Source: Malacoraja senta
Lineage: Eukaryota
Length of the DNA: 64,000 nucleotides
NCBI GenBank assembly: GCA_038087875.1
Contig: CM075994.1
Location: forward strand, 9,860,001 to 9,924,000
Direction: 5' to 3'
The position numbers were made by a program, and so were the translations under genes. Below are positions 1 through 11,769 of this stretch, one piece after another (the first letter of the stretch is position 1; every line of letters begins with the position of its first letter). A model generated the notes under the pieces. The model was not told where the DNA came from. It saw only the letters and a program-made list of their open reading frames with translations, and did no database searches.

Positions 1-476
1 GTGTGTGTCTGAGAGTGTGTTGGTGTGTATATGTGTGTGTGTTTGTGCGTCTGAGAATCTGTGTGTGTGTGTTTGAGAGTCTGTGTCTGTGTGTGTCTGT
101 GTGTGTGTGTATATGTGTGTGTATATGTGTGTGTGTGAGAGTCTGTGTGTGAGCGTCTGTGTGAGTGTGTGTGTATGTGTATATGTGTGTGTGTGAGAGT
201 CTGTGTGAGTGTGAGTGTGTGTGTGTGTGTGTGTGAGTCTGTGTGTGTGAGTCTGTGTGTGTGAGTCTGTGTGTGTGAGTCTGTGTGTGTGAGTCTGTGT
301 GTGTGAGTCTGTGTGTGTGAGTCTGTGTGTGTGAGTCTGTGTGTGTGAGTCTGTGTGTGTGAGTCTGTGTGTGTGAGTCTGTGTGAGTGAGTGTGTGTGT
401 CTGTGTGTGTGTGTGAGAGTCTGTGTGTGAGTGTCTCTGTGTGCGAGTGTCTGTGTGATGTGGTGGGTGTGTGTGT
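1..476. repeat. Compound (TG)n/(GAGTCT(GT)n) microsatellite
   Basis: Directly visible. Confidence 0.95.
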
Positions 477-799
477 GATCAACAAATAACAAATAGTACA
501 ATAATATAGTATTTCGTAGTTCAGAGCTTATTTGTTGTTTAGTAATAGTAATAGTAATAGTAATTTAATTTTCAATTCACATAATGTAACGAGTAGTTAC
601 ACAGAGGATTGAAATTGCGTTTCTCCATACTCCAATGTGCAAGTAATATTTATAAAACAGACAGACAGTGTACCAATAAAAGAAGACAATGGACATATAC
701 ATTATATAAAATATTCATTAATAAAAGGTGCAATATAGCATACTGTGCAAGTAGCATACTGCAGACTGCATTTTTGTTTAATAGCCTGATGGCTGTCAC

Positions 800-2419
800 T
801 CACCGCCCCCCCCCCCCCCCCCCACTGACATCCCCACCTCAAGACGCTGCCCGCCGCCTGGCGATAGGATGCCTCCCCTCCTGAAGCTGCCCCCATCCCC
901 CGCTGCAGGACACCCCCCCTACCTCATCAGCCCACGAGAGCCCCCGCCTGAAGCCGTCACCCTTCCTCAGCTGCAGGACGCTTGCCACCCCCCAACCCAG
1001 CCCGACAGCTTCCGCCTCAAAAAAGTGTTTTCCACAAATTCTTCAGTGAGTCCAGAGGATTGAGATTTACAACAAGACAATGGAATTTTTAATTTGCCAC
1101 AACCAAGAAATGGAAGGATGCGCCTTGATGATGACAATCCAGAATTGCTGCAGGAATTGCTATAGGATAGAACTGAACAACAGCAATTTGTTGAGGTGAA
1201 TGGGTCTCTGCTGAATGCTGAGCAGAGAGCAGTGTATGCACTCAATTTAACAGAAGGTGAAGACATTCCCCTTCAGCTGATCCAATTCCCCATTCAATCA
1301 AGTTTTGCTATGACGATCCATAAAGCACAAGGACAAACAATGCAGAAGGTGTTGATCTACCTCGACAAACCGGTATTTCAGCATGGAAAACTGTATGTGT
1401 CTCTTAGCCGAGGATAGATGAAGGGAAATGTCAAAGTTTTCCTGAAGGATGGAACATCGACCAAGAATGTTGTCATTAAAAGCGTGCTTCGTTGAATGAT
1501 GACTTCTGAGATATATTCTCAGATTTTCTTTGTTAAAATTTGACTGCTGAGTCTCTCTATATTTAAATTGTCTCTTTTTTTTATCAACAGCAAAGAGACA
1601 TAAAGACGCAGTGAGCAGCAACAAGAGGCACAACAAGAAAGAACTTAATAATTCTCATCTTTAACATTTACATTTTTCTTATATTTTAAGTCATTCACAT
1701 TTTAAACTTTAATAAATCCTTTTTCCACTTTTCATGCCGGCGTGTTCTTCATCGCAATGGGAACCTAATGGGCAGGAATGCCTGGTCTGTGGGAGAGCCA
1801 CTGAGAGTGCATGGGGGGGGGTTGTGGGGAGATGGACTGAATGCGTGGCGGGGAGGGCAATGGCAAGGAGCAGAGTGGGGGGGTGGAGCAGGGTTGAGTG
1901 AGTGAACTGCCAGCGTACCAGCCGTGAGTGTCTGCACTGTCAGCCCACCAGCTGTGAGTAAGTGAACTGCCAGCCCACCAGCCGTGAGTGACTGCACTGC
2001 CAGTCCACCAGCCGTGAGTAAGTGAACTGCCAGCCCACCAGCCGTAAGTGACTGAACTGCCAGCCCAATAATCCATTCACTCTACCCTCTCCCCCTTCTC
2101 TCTCCCAGTTTTGGGCACAATTTCTGGCAGTTTCTCAGCTGCCAGCCTGCCTGGTCTGAGTGACTGTACTGCCAGGCGTCAGTGACTGAGCTGCCTGGCC
2201 TCAGTGACTGAGCTGCCAGCCCAAGAATCCATTCGGCCCACAATGTCCATACTGTCCCTCTGGAAACCAGCCCCTTCGGCCCACGACACCCATACTAGCG
2301 CAACCCCCCCCCCCCCCCACTGGCCAGCAATATTGGAATTGGTGGAGAGGTGGAATATTGCGTTGGGTGACCAGCCCTCCCGTGTGAGGCTGGGACCCAA
2401 CAGGTCCCACTTAGTCGAG
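800..2419 (+). mobile_element. Internally deleted Helitron, 3' part
   Basis: Pre-helicase segment (..[10 protein letters not shown]) joined to PIF1 helicase C-terminal motifs [27 protein letters not shown] (1196-1417). Also a 30-bp minisatellite, a subterminal hairpin GGGACCC-aac-aGGTCCC (2392-2408) and a degenerate CTAG end (CGAG|T). Confidence 0.8.
1895..2068. repeat. 30-bp minisatellite (GTGAGTGACTGCACTGCCAGCCCACCAGCC)n in the Helitron 3' region; also 11125-11388, 26830-27000, 31143-31315, 38690-38850
   Basis: Head-to-tail 30-nt units with no spacers; copy number varies between loci. Confidence 0.9.
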
Positions 2420-2494
2420 TAATCTTATATGTTTCAATAAGATGACCTCTCATCCTTCTAAACTCCAAATAGCCCGGTTACATCCACTAGTTAG

Positions 2495-2556
2495 CGACGG
2501 GTGGTGCAGCGGTAGAGTTGCTGCCTCACCGTGCTGGAGTCCCGGGTTCGATCCCC
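2495..2556 (+). mobile_element. tRNA-derived SINE head; body and tail resume at ~3555-3730 after a CR1 insertion (also ~27445 and ~31762)
   Basis: A-box TGGTGCAGCGG and B-box GGTTCGATCC, without a full cloverleaf. Confidence 0.7.
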
Positions 2557-2560
2557 AGTA

Positions 2561-3445
2561 CTGCTATGAGAATGCAGAGTGACTTGGACAGGTTGGGGGA
2601 GTGGGCAGATGCATGGCAGATGCAGTTTAATGCGGATAAATGTGAGGTTATGCACTTTGGTAGCAAAAACAGAAAGGCAGATTACTATCTAAATGGTGTC
2701 AAGTTGGGAAAAGGGGAAGTACAACGGGATCTGGGGGGTCCTTGTACATCAGTCTATGAAAGTAAGCATGCAGGTAGAGCAGGCAGTGAAGAAAGCGAAT
2801 GGCATGTTGGCCTTTATAACAAGAGGAGCAAAGAGGAATATAGGAGCAAAGAGGTCCTTCTGCAGTTGTACAGGGCCCTAGTGAGACCACACCTGGAGTA
2901 TTGTGTGCAGTTTTAGTCCCCTAATTTGAGGAAGGACATTCTTGCTATTGAGGGTGTGCAGCGTAGGTTTACAAGGATAATTCCCGGGATGGCGGGACTG
3001 TCATATGCTGAGAGAATGGAGCAGCTGGGCTTGTACACTCTGGAGTTTAGAAGGTTGAGAGGGGACCTTATTGAAACATATAAGTTTGTTAAGGGTTTGG
3101 ACATGCTAGAGGCAGGAAACATGTTCCCGATTTTGGGGGAGTCCAGAACCAGGGGCCACAATTTAAGAATAAGGAGTAAGTCATTTAGAACGGAGACGAG
3201 GAAACACTTTTTCACACAGAGAGTGGTGAGTCTGTGGAATTCTCTGCCTCAGAGGGCGGTGGAGGCAGGTTCACTGGATGCTTTCAAGAGAGAGCTAGAT
3301 AGGGCTCTTGAAGATAGCAGAGTCAGTGGATATGGGGAGAAGGCAAGAACGGGGTACTGATTGGGGATGATCAGCCATGATCACATTGAGTGGCGTTGCT
3401 GGCTCGATGGGCCGAATGGCCTACTCCTGCACCTACTCTCTACTG
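2561..3445 (+). mobile_element. CR1 LINE 3' fragment (also 27510-28370 and 31827-32710)
   Basis: ORF2 C-terminus: WQMQFNADKCEV, LVRPHLEYCVQF, RGDLIETYK, FFTQRVVSLWNSLP, followed by the CR1 3' UTR. Confidence 0.92.
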
Positions 3446-3749
3446 TCTATTGTATGTTGTCTGCTGTCTGTTGTCTGTTGTCTGTTGCCTGTGAAACGGT
3501 TTCCGCACTGTATCTCTAAATTGAACTAATCTGCCTTTTGACTCCAACTCTTCCACAGGTTTGTAGGTTAATTGGCTTCTGCAAATTGTCCCTTGTGTGT
3601 GTGTGTGTGCGTGTGTTTGTGTGTGTGTGTGTGTGTGTGCGTGTGTGTGGGATAGTGTTGGTGTGCGGGGGATCACAGGCTGGCGCGGACTCGATGGGCC
3701 TGTTTCCACGCCCGATCTCGAAAGTCTAAAGTAAGTCTCTAAAGGTCCC

Positions 3750-4040
3750 TGTCACGGTTTATTCCGTACAGCTCCGACACAGACACTGTGATTTACGGAC
3801 TGTTCCCAGGGACGCATTCAGAGACCGACATCGAGTGCTGCTGGAAGAATCATCAACTCGGTGAAAGACGCTTTTTGGTCTGCCCGAACGTTGTTCACCA
3901 CCCAGCGGAGCGAGATGTCCGTCAGGGAATGTTGCCGACTGGCCCGCTGCAGACTGCAGGAGTACGTGCTGAGGGACGCACTGAAGCTCGGTGCAGCCAA
4001 CGCCAAGGCTCGGTGGGGAAGGACCACAATCTAGGGTCCT
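3750..4040 (+). mobile_element. Tx1-like LINE ORF2 C-terminal fragment (also ~28690-28960 and ~33030-33300)
   Basis: IYGLFPGTH..CCWK, then in a shifted frame INSVKDA.WSAR..CRLA..RLQEYVLRDALKLGAANAKARWG. Confidence 0.7.
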
Positions 4041-4154
4041 TCCGCTGCTGGACATCGGGGGCAGGGTGTGGTGGAGACGCCCCCAAAATAAAGGAAGGGG
4101 GCCACATGAGTGGCAAGGGTGCTGGCTAAATTAGTGCAATGTGTGTAAACAGTA

Positions 4155-4900
4155 TTAGAAACATAGAAAATAGGTGCTGGTGGAGGCCATTCGGCCCTTT
4201 GAGCCAGCACCGCCATTCATTGTGACCATGGCTGATCGTCCCCAATCAATAACCCGTGCCTGCCTTCCCCCATATCCCTTGATTCCACTAGCCCCTAGAG
4301 CTCTATCTAACTCTCTCTTAAATCCATCCAGTGATTTGGCCTCCACAGCCCTCTGTGGCAGCGAATTCCACAAATTCACAACTCTCTGGGTGAAAAGTTT
4401 GTTCCCACCTCAGTCTTAAATGGCCTCCCCTTTACTTTAAGACTGTGGCCCCTGGTTCTGGATTCGCCCAACATTGGGAACATTTTTCCTGCATCTAGCT
4501 TGTCCAGTCCTTTTATAAATATATATGTTTCTATAAGATTCCCACTCATCCTTCTAAACTCCAGTGAATACAAGCCTAGTCTTTTCAATCTTTCCTCATA
4601 TGACAGTCCCGCCATCCCAGGGATGAATCTCGTGAACCTACGCTGCACTGCCTCAATCACAAGGGTGTCCTTCCTCAAATTAGGAGACCAAAACTGTACG
4701 CAATACTCCAGATGTGGTCTCACCAGAGCCCTAAACAACTGCAGAAGAACGTCTTCACTCCTATACTGAAATCCTCTTGTTATGAAGGCCAACATTCCAT
4801 TAGCTTTCTTCACTGCCTGCTGTACCTGCACGCCAACTTTCAGTGACCGGTGTACAAGGACACACAGGTCTCGCTGCACCTCCCCCTTACCTAACCTAAC
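4155..4900 (-). mobile_element. CR1 LINE 3' fragment (also 29080-29830 and 33420-34170)
   Basis: ORFs 4376..4879 and 4155..4379 carry CR1 motifs; (TTTCTA) tail. Confidence 0.92.
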
Positions 4901-5359
4901 CTGACCATTGAATGTATAGCCTCCGAGAATGTAGGACGAATTATTATTTTTTGCATAGTTCCTGTGTTCTATATATTGATTACTTGAATAAAGTCTATTT
5001 TGAATTATTTTTTTAAAGTAACACTATCTCCGCGGGTCTCTGTTGACAAGGGACGACACGACAGGCTGGGTGAAGAGGTTTGAACGATACCCTTGAATAT
5101 CTAACTGACAGCATCCAGGTCGATCGCCCCCCTGTCTCCGAATCCAACCCGTGAATCTCTGTCGGTGAATCCCGTATCAGCGGAAGAATCCTTCGCCAAT
5201 TGTCATCACTTCTTTTTGGTAAATTAATTTAAAAAATGAGTTGGTGAAAATCTCTCTCATTTGGTTTGGAGGCTTGAATTTCCCAGATGTGAAACCGAGT
5301 GTTTCCCCCATCAGGAGGCCAGTTAAAGCTGGGGGTATCGTGATGGTACTATGGTAGTT

Positions 5360-5755
5360 GACGTTTATACATCGACGAGACCAAGCGTAGGCTTGGCGAT
5401 CGCTTCGCCCAACACCCCCGCTCGGTTCGCATTAACCAACCTGATCTCCCGGTGGCTCATCACTTCAACTCCCCCTCCCATTCTGAATCCGACCTTTCTG
5501 TCCTGGGCCTCCTGCATGGCCAGAGTGAGCCCCACACCAAATTGGAGGAGCAACACCTCATATTTCGCTTGGAAAGTTTACACCCCAGCGGTAAGAACAT
5601 GGACTACTTCAATTTCAGGTAGTCCTTGTTTTCTCGTTCTTTCCCCTCCCCTTCCCAGCTATCCCACAGCCCACTGTCTCCGCCTCTTCCTTTCTTCTTC
5701 CCGCCGCCTCCCCCTCCACCATCAGTCTGAAGAAGCGTCTCGACCCAAAATGACA
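5360..5755 (+). mobile_element. Penelope-like element 3' fragment with GIY-YIG endonuclease remnant (also ~30280-30660 and ~34610-34990)
   Basis: LYI.ETKRRLGDRF.QH.RSV....PVA.HFNS.SH..DLSVLGL....LEEQHLIFRLG.L.P.GMN (clearest in ORF 30164..30544), then a pyrimidine-rich tail. Confidence 0.85.
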
Positions 5756-5880
5756 ATAGACAATAGACAATAGGTGCAGGAGTAGGCCAATCGACCCTTC
5801 GAGCCAGCACCACCATTCAATGTGATTATGGCTGATCACCTCCAATCAGTACCCCGCTCCTGCCTTCTCCCCATATCCCC

Positions 5881-6425
5881 TGGTCTCCTAATCTGAGGAA
5901 AGACATTCTTGCCATGGAGGGAGTACAGAGAAGGTTCACCAGACTGATTCCTGGGATGTCAGGTCTTTCATATGAAGAAAGACTGGATAGACTCGGTTTG
6001 TACTCGCTAGAATTTAGAAGATTGAGGGAGGATCTTATAGAAAAGTACAACATTCTTAAGGGGTTGGACAGGCTAGATGCAGGAAGATTGTTCCCGATGT
6101 TGGGGAAGTCCAGAACAAGGGGTCACAGTTTAAGGATAAGGGGGAAATCTTTTAGAACCGAGATGAGGAAAACATTTTTCACACAGAGAGTGGTGAATCT
6201 CTGGAATTCTCTGCCACAGAAGGTAGTTGAGGCCAGTTCATTGGCTATATTTAAGAGGGAGTTAGATGTGGCCCTTGTGGCTAAAGGGATCAGGGGGTAT
6301 GGAGAGAAAGCAGGTACATGATACTGAGTTGGATGATCAGCCGTGATCATATTGAATGGCGGTGCAGGCTCGAAGGGCCGAATTGCCTACTCCTGCACCT
6401 ATTTTCTATGTTTCTATGTTTCTAT
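5881..6425 (+). mobile_element. CR1 3' fragment inserted into an older minus-strand CR1 (5760-5880 and 6426-6915); copy A only
   Basis: ORF 5914..6321 and (TTTCTATG)n tail. The host CR1 is uninterrupted at 34990-35585. Confidence 0.9.
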
Positions 6426-7299
6426 CACCTCACTATCTTTAAGAGCCCTATCTAGCTCTCTCTTGAAAGTATCCAGCGAACCGGCCTCCACCACCCCCTG
6501 AGGCAGAGAATTCCACAGACTCGCAACTCTCTGTGTGAAAAAGTGTTTCCTTGTCTCCATTCTAAATGGCTTACCCCTTATTCTTAAAACTGTGTGGCCC
6601 CTGGTTCTGGACTCCCCCAACATCGGGAACACGCGTGTCCAAACCCTTAATAATCTTATATGTTTCAATAAGATACCCTCTCATCCTTCTAAACTCCAGA
6701 GTGTACAAGCCCAGCCGTTCCATTCTCTCAGCATATGACAGTCCCGCCATCCCGGAGATTAATCTGGTGAACCTACGCTGCACTCCCTCAATAGCAAGAA
6801 TGTCCTTCCTCAAATTAGGGGACCAAAACTGCACACAATACTCCAGGTGTGGTCTCACTAGGGGCCTGTACAACTGCAGAAGGACCTCTTTGCTCCTATA
6901 CTCAACTTCTCTTGGTATTCTTGCTTCCAAGTCGTCTTGTTGAGTCTCATTGTCTGTAACTGGTTTCACCGAGCCCGCAGCAAAAACGGCCTGTTTCCTT
7001 CATCATCCTTACTTTTCCCGGGGAGAAGGCAGGCACGGGTTATTGATTGGGGCCGATCAAGCATGATCACAATGAAGGGTGGTGCTGGCTCGAAGGTGGG
7101 TGGGGGTGGGGCTAGTACGGGCAAGGTGGGGCCGAAGGGCCTCTTTCTGAGCTGCCTCATTGCGATTTTCGTTCTGATTTATTAATCGACTGGGTGCGGT
7201 CTTACCGAGCAACACCAGAATTTATTGCCCAACCTTATTGGCCAGAAAAGTGAGGAAGAAATCTTCAACACCCCCCCCCCGGTCATAAGATCATAAGAG

Positions 7300-7940
7300 A
7301 TCGACAATAGACAATAGGTACAGGAGGATGCCATTCAGCCCTTCAAGCCAGCACCGCCATTCAATGTGATCATGGCTGATCATCCCCAATCAGTACCCAG
7401 TTCCTGCCTTCTCCCCCTATCCCCTGACTCCGCAATCTTTAAGAGCCCTATCCAGCTCTCTCTTCAAAGTATCCAGAGAACCGGCCTCCACCACCCTCTG
7501 AGGCAGAGAATTCCACAGACTCGCAACTCTCTGTGTGAAAAAGTGTTTCCTCGTCTCGGTTCTAAATGGCTTACCCCTTATTCTTAAACTGTGGCCCTGG
7601 TTCTGGACTCCCCCAACACCGGGAACATGTTTCCTGCCTCTAGCCGTTTCCACACCCTTAATAATCTTATGTGTTTCAATAAGATACCCTCTCATCCTTC
7701 TAAACTCCAGAGTGTACAAGCCCAGCCGCTCCATTCTCTCAGCAAACGTCAGTCCCGCCATCCCGGGAATTAACCTGGTGAACCGACACCATTTTGCTAC
7801 CCACAGGGCCCTAGCGGAATCAAGGGATATGGGCAGAAGGCAGGAACGGGGTACTGATTGGGGATGATCCGCCATGATCACATTGAATGGCAGTGCTAGC
7901 TTGTGTGGCCGAATGGCCTATTCCTGCACCTATTGTCTAT
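7300..7940. mobile_element. Divergently joined CR1 3' fragments (minus 7300-7785, plus ~7810-7940); copy B at ~36530-37170
   Basis: ORF 7417..7881 has CR1 motifs; CR1 3' UTR present on both strands. Confidence 0.8.
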
Positions 7941-8249
7941 TGTGACTATAAACTCAACTAAACCAGGCCTGAGCAACAAGTCAAACACAATCACATCAAT
8001 CAGCCAACAATTTACAATAGACAATAGTGGCAGGCAGCAGTGTTGGGAGAGAGCTCCAAGTATGAAGCATCGCAGGGAGATATGGCGGGGGGGGGGGGGG
8101 GAGGGGGAGGAGGGAAGTGACGGGGGAGTGAAAGAACGGAGAGAGAGAGAAGAGAGAGGGGGAGAGAAAGCAGAGAGAGGGAAGAGAGAGGGGAGAGAGA
8201 GGAGTTTTCTTTTTGCATGTAAAAACCCACTTGAGAATGATGGGCGATC

Positions 8250-8687
8250 TTAAAATTTTACAGCCAGATTTATCACTTCTGAAACTTTTTTGATGCCAAA
8301 GGAATCAAGAAAAAACACAAATATTGCCTTACTGGTGATGAAATGCAGTGAGCAAACGCGATAATTCCCAATATTGTCAATCTCGATATCTGCACGGCCA
8401 ATGTTCGCCAAGCACTTTGCCTGTTGTCCCTTCAGCTCTCGCTTCCATCTACCGTCATTTCTCCTCACTTTCGGAATTCTGAAGTAGGATAAATGTCTCT
8501 CACGCTTATCCCGATTTCCATAATTATTTACAGCGCAAAAATTGACCATTTCGGCGGGTTTTAGCGGACCCGCTACGCTGGAAGCAATGGTCAGTGCTTA
8601 CCTGCAGTTCATCGCATGTATTCCAGTTGGCGTAACGTAGCAACAGTACGGGTCATGGGTCGTGACCGCACTGCCGTGCAACCTCCC
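8250..8687 (-). mobile_element. DNA-transposon end with degenerate THAP-domain exon (PHIS/ISL2EU- or P-type, unresolved); copy B at 37433-37868
   Basis: MVNFCAVNNY..SYFRIPK..RVCSLHF is a THAP signature with the second Cys and the Trp lost, followed by a GTAAG donor-like site. About 135 bp of terminal sequence starting GGGAGGTTGCA recurs four times in the window. Confidence 0.7.
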
Positions 8688-8690
8688 TAT

Positions 8691-9473
8691 ACGTGTGTGT
8701 GTGTGTGTGTGTGAGTCTGTGAGTGAGTCTGTGTGTGTGTGTGTGTGTGTCTGTGTGTGTGTGTCTGTGTGTGTGTGTTTGTGTGAGTCTTTGTGTGTGC
8801 GTGAAAGTCTGTGTGTGTGTGAGTCTGTGTGTGTGTGAGTCTGTGTGTGTGCGTGTGTGTGTGTCTGTGTGTGTGTGAATCTGTGGGTTTGTGTGTGAGT
8901 CTGTGTGTGTGTATGTGTGTGTGTGTGAAAGTCTGTGTAAGTGTGAGTGTGTGTGTGTGTGCGTGTGTGTGTGTCTGTGTATGTGTGTCTTGGTTCTTGG
9001 TTCTTGGCTTCTTGGTCCTCCAAAATATTCCAAATGGAATTTAAACTGGAGGTGGTGGAGGGAGGACTTAAGCCAGAAAGGTTTTTTGGGAAGAAAGAGC
9101 TACCTTAAATTTAGTTGCATCTCGTTGGGTAACTATAGTAGGGTGGAGATTATTCCATGCTTTAATTGTGCGGGGGAAGAATGAATTGCTGTACACATCT
9201 GTCTTGGTAGCTGGAATCACAAATTGGATCGAATGCCCTCGTCTGCTTCTAATTGGTTTGGGTTTGGTGTAGGTCTTGTAATCTATGTCGAGCTGACCAT
9301 TTAACATTTTGTAAAAACAGGTCAAACGGTGAGCTTCACGTCTGTCTTGGAGAGGGTTCCACCCCAGAGAATTCAGAAGTTTCTGTGTGTATGTGTGTCT
9401 GTGTGTCTGTGTGAGTGAGTCTGTGTGTGTGTCTGTTTGAGAGTCTGTGTGTGAGTCTGTGTCTGTCTCTGTC

Positions 9474-9514
<41 letters not shown>

Positions 9515-9882
9515 TTGAGAGTGTGTGTGTGTATATGTGTGTGTGTGAGTCTGTGTGAGTCTATGTGTGTGTCTGTGTGTGAGTCTGTGTGTGTGTGTGT
9601 GTGTCTGAGGATCTGTGTGTGTGTGACTGAGAATCAGTATGTGTGTGTGACAGTCTGTGTGTTTGAGAGTCTGTGTGTGTGTGTGAGTGAGTATGTGTGT
9701 GTGTGTGTGTGTGTGAGTCTGTGTGTGTGAGAGTGTGAGTGTGTGTGTGTGAGTCTGTGTGTGTGTATATGTGTGTGAGTCTGTGTGTGTGTGAGTCTGT
9801 GTCTGTGTATGTGTGTGAGTCTGTGTGTGTGTTTGAGAGTCTGTGTGTGTGAGTGTCTGTGTGAGGTGGAGGATGTGTGTGT
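8691..9882. repeat. Compound TG-rich microsatellite, interrupted by a LINE fragment
   Basis: Directly visible; the homologous array at 37872-38228 is uninterrupted. Confidence 0.95.
8988..9382 (-). mobile_element. CR1-group (Crack/L2-like) LINE 3' fragment inserted in the microsatellite; copy A only
   Basis: LGWNPLQDRR..RL..FYK..SFFPRTIKAWNNL at the end of ORF 9068..9898; (CCAAGAA)n tail. Confidence 0.8.
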
Positions 9883-9950
9883 GATCAACAAATAACAAAT
9901 ATTACAAATAATATAGTTGTTCGTAGTTCAGAGCTTATTTGTTGTTTAAT

Positions 9951-10724
9951 TTTTGATTTGATTTGATTTTGATTCAATTTATTGTCATTGCACTTTTCAG
10001 TGCAACGAAATGGTTTAGCCTACAGTCATAACATAGAACAAACAACAAAAACACACACCCAACACAGTTCAACATCCACCACAGCCAGTCCACCAGGCAC
10101 CTCCTCACTGTGATGGAAGGCACAAAGTTCCAAAGTCCACGTCTCCTCCCTCCCTGCCCTCCCTCTGCGTTGAGGCGATCCAGGCCTCCGATGTTGTGAC
10201 CCCGCCGGGCGATGGTAAGCAAGTCCCGCGGCCGAACCCGAACGGGCCGGATCAAACTCCGCGGCCCGAAGCTGCCGAAGCTGCCGCCATCCAGTCCAGC
10301 GGACGCAGCTGTTGTTGCCTGTGACCTGTGAGCTCCCGACGATGTGGTCCACTGGCCCTCGCCGAGCCTCCGAGGCTCCGAAGTCGGGTCGCAACGCCAC
10401 CACAGCCCAGATGTCGGCCAGCCCCGCGCTGGCAAGTCCCGGCTGGCTCTGCCTCCCGAGCCCGAGGTCGGTCCCAGTTGGAGGCCGCCAGCTCCGCGAT
10501 AGGCCTCAGAGCAGACGGAGACAGAGACGGGGAACACGGCAAGAAAGGTCACATCCCCCCCGAAGGAAGAGCCAAAAAACATGCTTCTCCCCCCCCCCCC
10601 CACACACATACACAACTAAAATAAACCAAAACAAACCGCAACAACGGGACAAAAGAAAACAAAAAAAGAAAAGACAAACGGACTGCAGGCGAGCCGCAGC
10701 TGCAAGGCAGAGCCGCCACTTCCG
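9951..10724 (-). mobile_element. ~775-bp non-coding retroposon with target-site duplication; copy A only
   Basis: Flanked by GTTTAAT at 9944-9950 and 10725-10731; the site is empty at ~38289. 5' end CCGGAAGTGGCGGC, 3' end AATAAA followed by a (ATCAA)n tail. Confidence 0.75.
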
Positions 10725-10913
10725 GTTTAATACCATAATGGCTCTCAGGAAGCAGCTGTTCCTCAATGTGGATGTTACAGTTTTCAGTTGACAAAAGTCG
10801 GACGTGATTCCAGAAGTCGGGCATAAGTCAGTCAGTCCACAAGCCGTGATTCAGTCGTCAGTCCAGAGGCCATGAGAGAGTCAGTCACTCCAGAGACCAT
10901 GAGTTAGTCCCAA

Positions 10914-11758
10914 GAGTCATTCACATTTTAAACTTTAATAAATCCTTTTTCCACTTTTCATGCCTGCGTGTTCTTCATCACAATGGGAACATAATGGCAG
11001 GAATGGATGCTCTGTGCGAGAGCCACTAAGAGTGCATTGGGGGAGGTTGTGGGGAGATAGACTGAATGCGTGGGGGGGAGGGGAATGGAAAGGAGCAGAG
11101 TGGGTAGGGGGTGAAGGAGCACGTGTGACTGAGTGAACTGCCAGCGTACCAGGCGTGAGTGACTGCACTGCCAGCCCACCAGCCGTGAGTGACTGCACTG
11201 CCAGCCCACGAGCCGCGAGTAAGTGAACTGCCAGCCCACCAGCTGCAAGTGACTGCACTGCCAGCCCACCAGCCGTGAGAGACTGCACTGCCAGCCCACC
11301 AGCTGCAAGTGACTGAACTGCCAGCACACCAGCCGTGAGTGACTGCACTGCCAGCCCACCAGCCATGAGTGACTGCACTGCCAGCCCAATAATCCATTCA
11401 CTCCACCCTCTCCCCCTTCTCTCTCACAGAGTCTGTCACCTGTTTTGGGCAGAATTTCTGGCAGTTTCTCAGCTGCCAGCCTGCCAGGTCTGAGTGACTG
11501 TACTGCCAGGCCTCAGTGACTTCGCTGCCTGCCCTCAGTGACTGAGCTGCCAGCCCAAGAATCCATTCGGCCCACAATGTCTATACTACCCCTCTAGAAA
11601 CCGGATCCTTCGGTCCACAACACCCATACTAGCGCAACAGAAAGCCACTGCCATCCCACTGGGCAGCAATATTGGAATTGGTGGAGAGGTGGAATATTGC
11701 GTTGGGTGACCAGCCCTCCCGTGTGATGATGGGACCCAACGGATCCCACTTATTCTAG
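10914..11758 (+). mobile_element. Helitron 3' end upstream of TRIM copy A
   Basis: Same 3' region and minisatellite as 1690-2419, hairpin at 11731-11747, canonical CTAG|T at 11755-11759. Confidence 0.8.
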
Positions 11759-11769
11759 TTAGGGATATT

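Noticed and set aside
1895..2068. 30-bp repeats resembling a CRISPR array
   Set aside because: Head-to-tail units with no unique spacers, no cas genes and a eukaryotic context; it is a Helitron minisatellite.
2495..2556. tRNA gene
   Set aside because: Has A and B boxes but no full cloverleaf, and continues into SINE body sequence.
4910..5350. Unassigned segment present three times, with short ORFs
   Set aside because: Frames differ between copies and no motif was recognised; its recurrence follows from the duplications.
10935..11401. ORFs with AGGLAVQSLT, WWAGS or VGWQ repeats
   Set aside because: Open in all three minus frames because of the 30-bp minisatellite; no evidence of coding.
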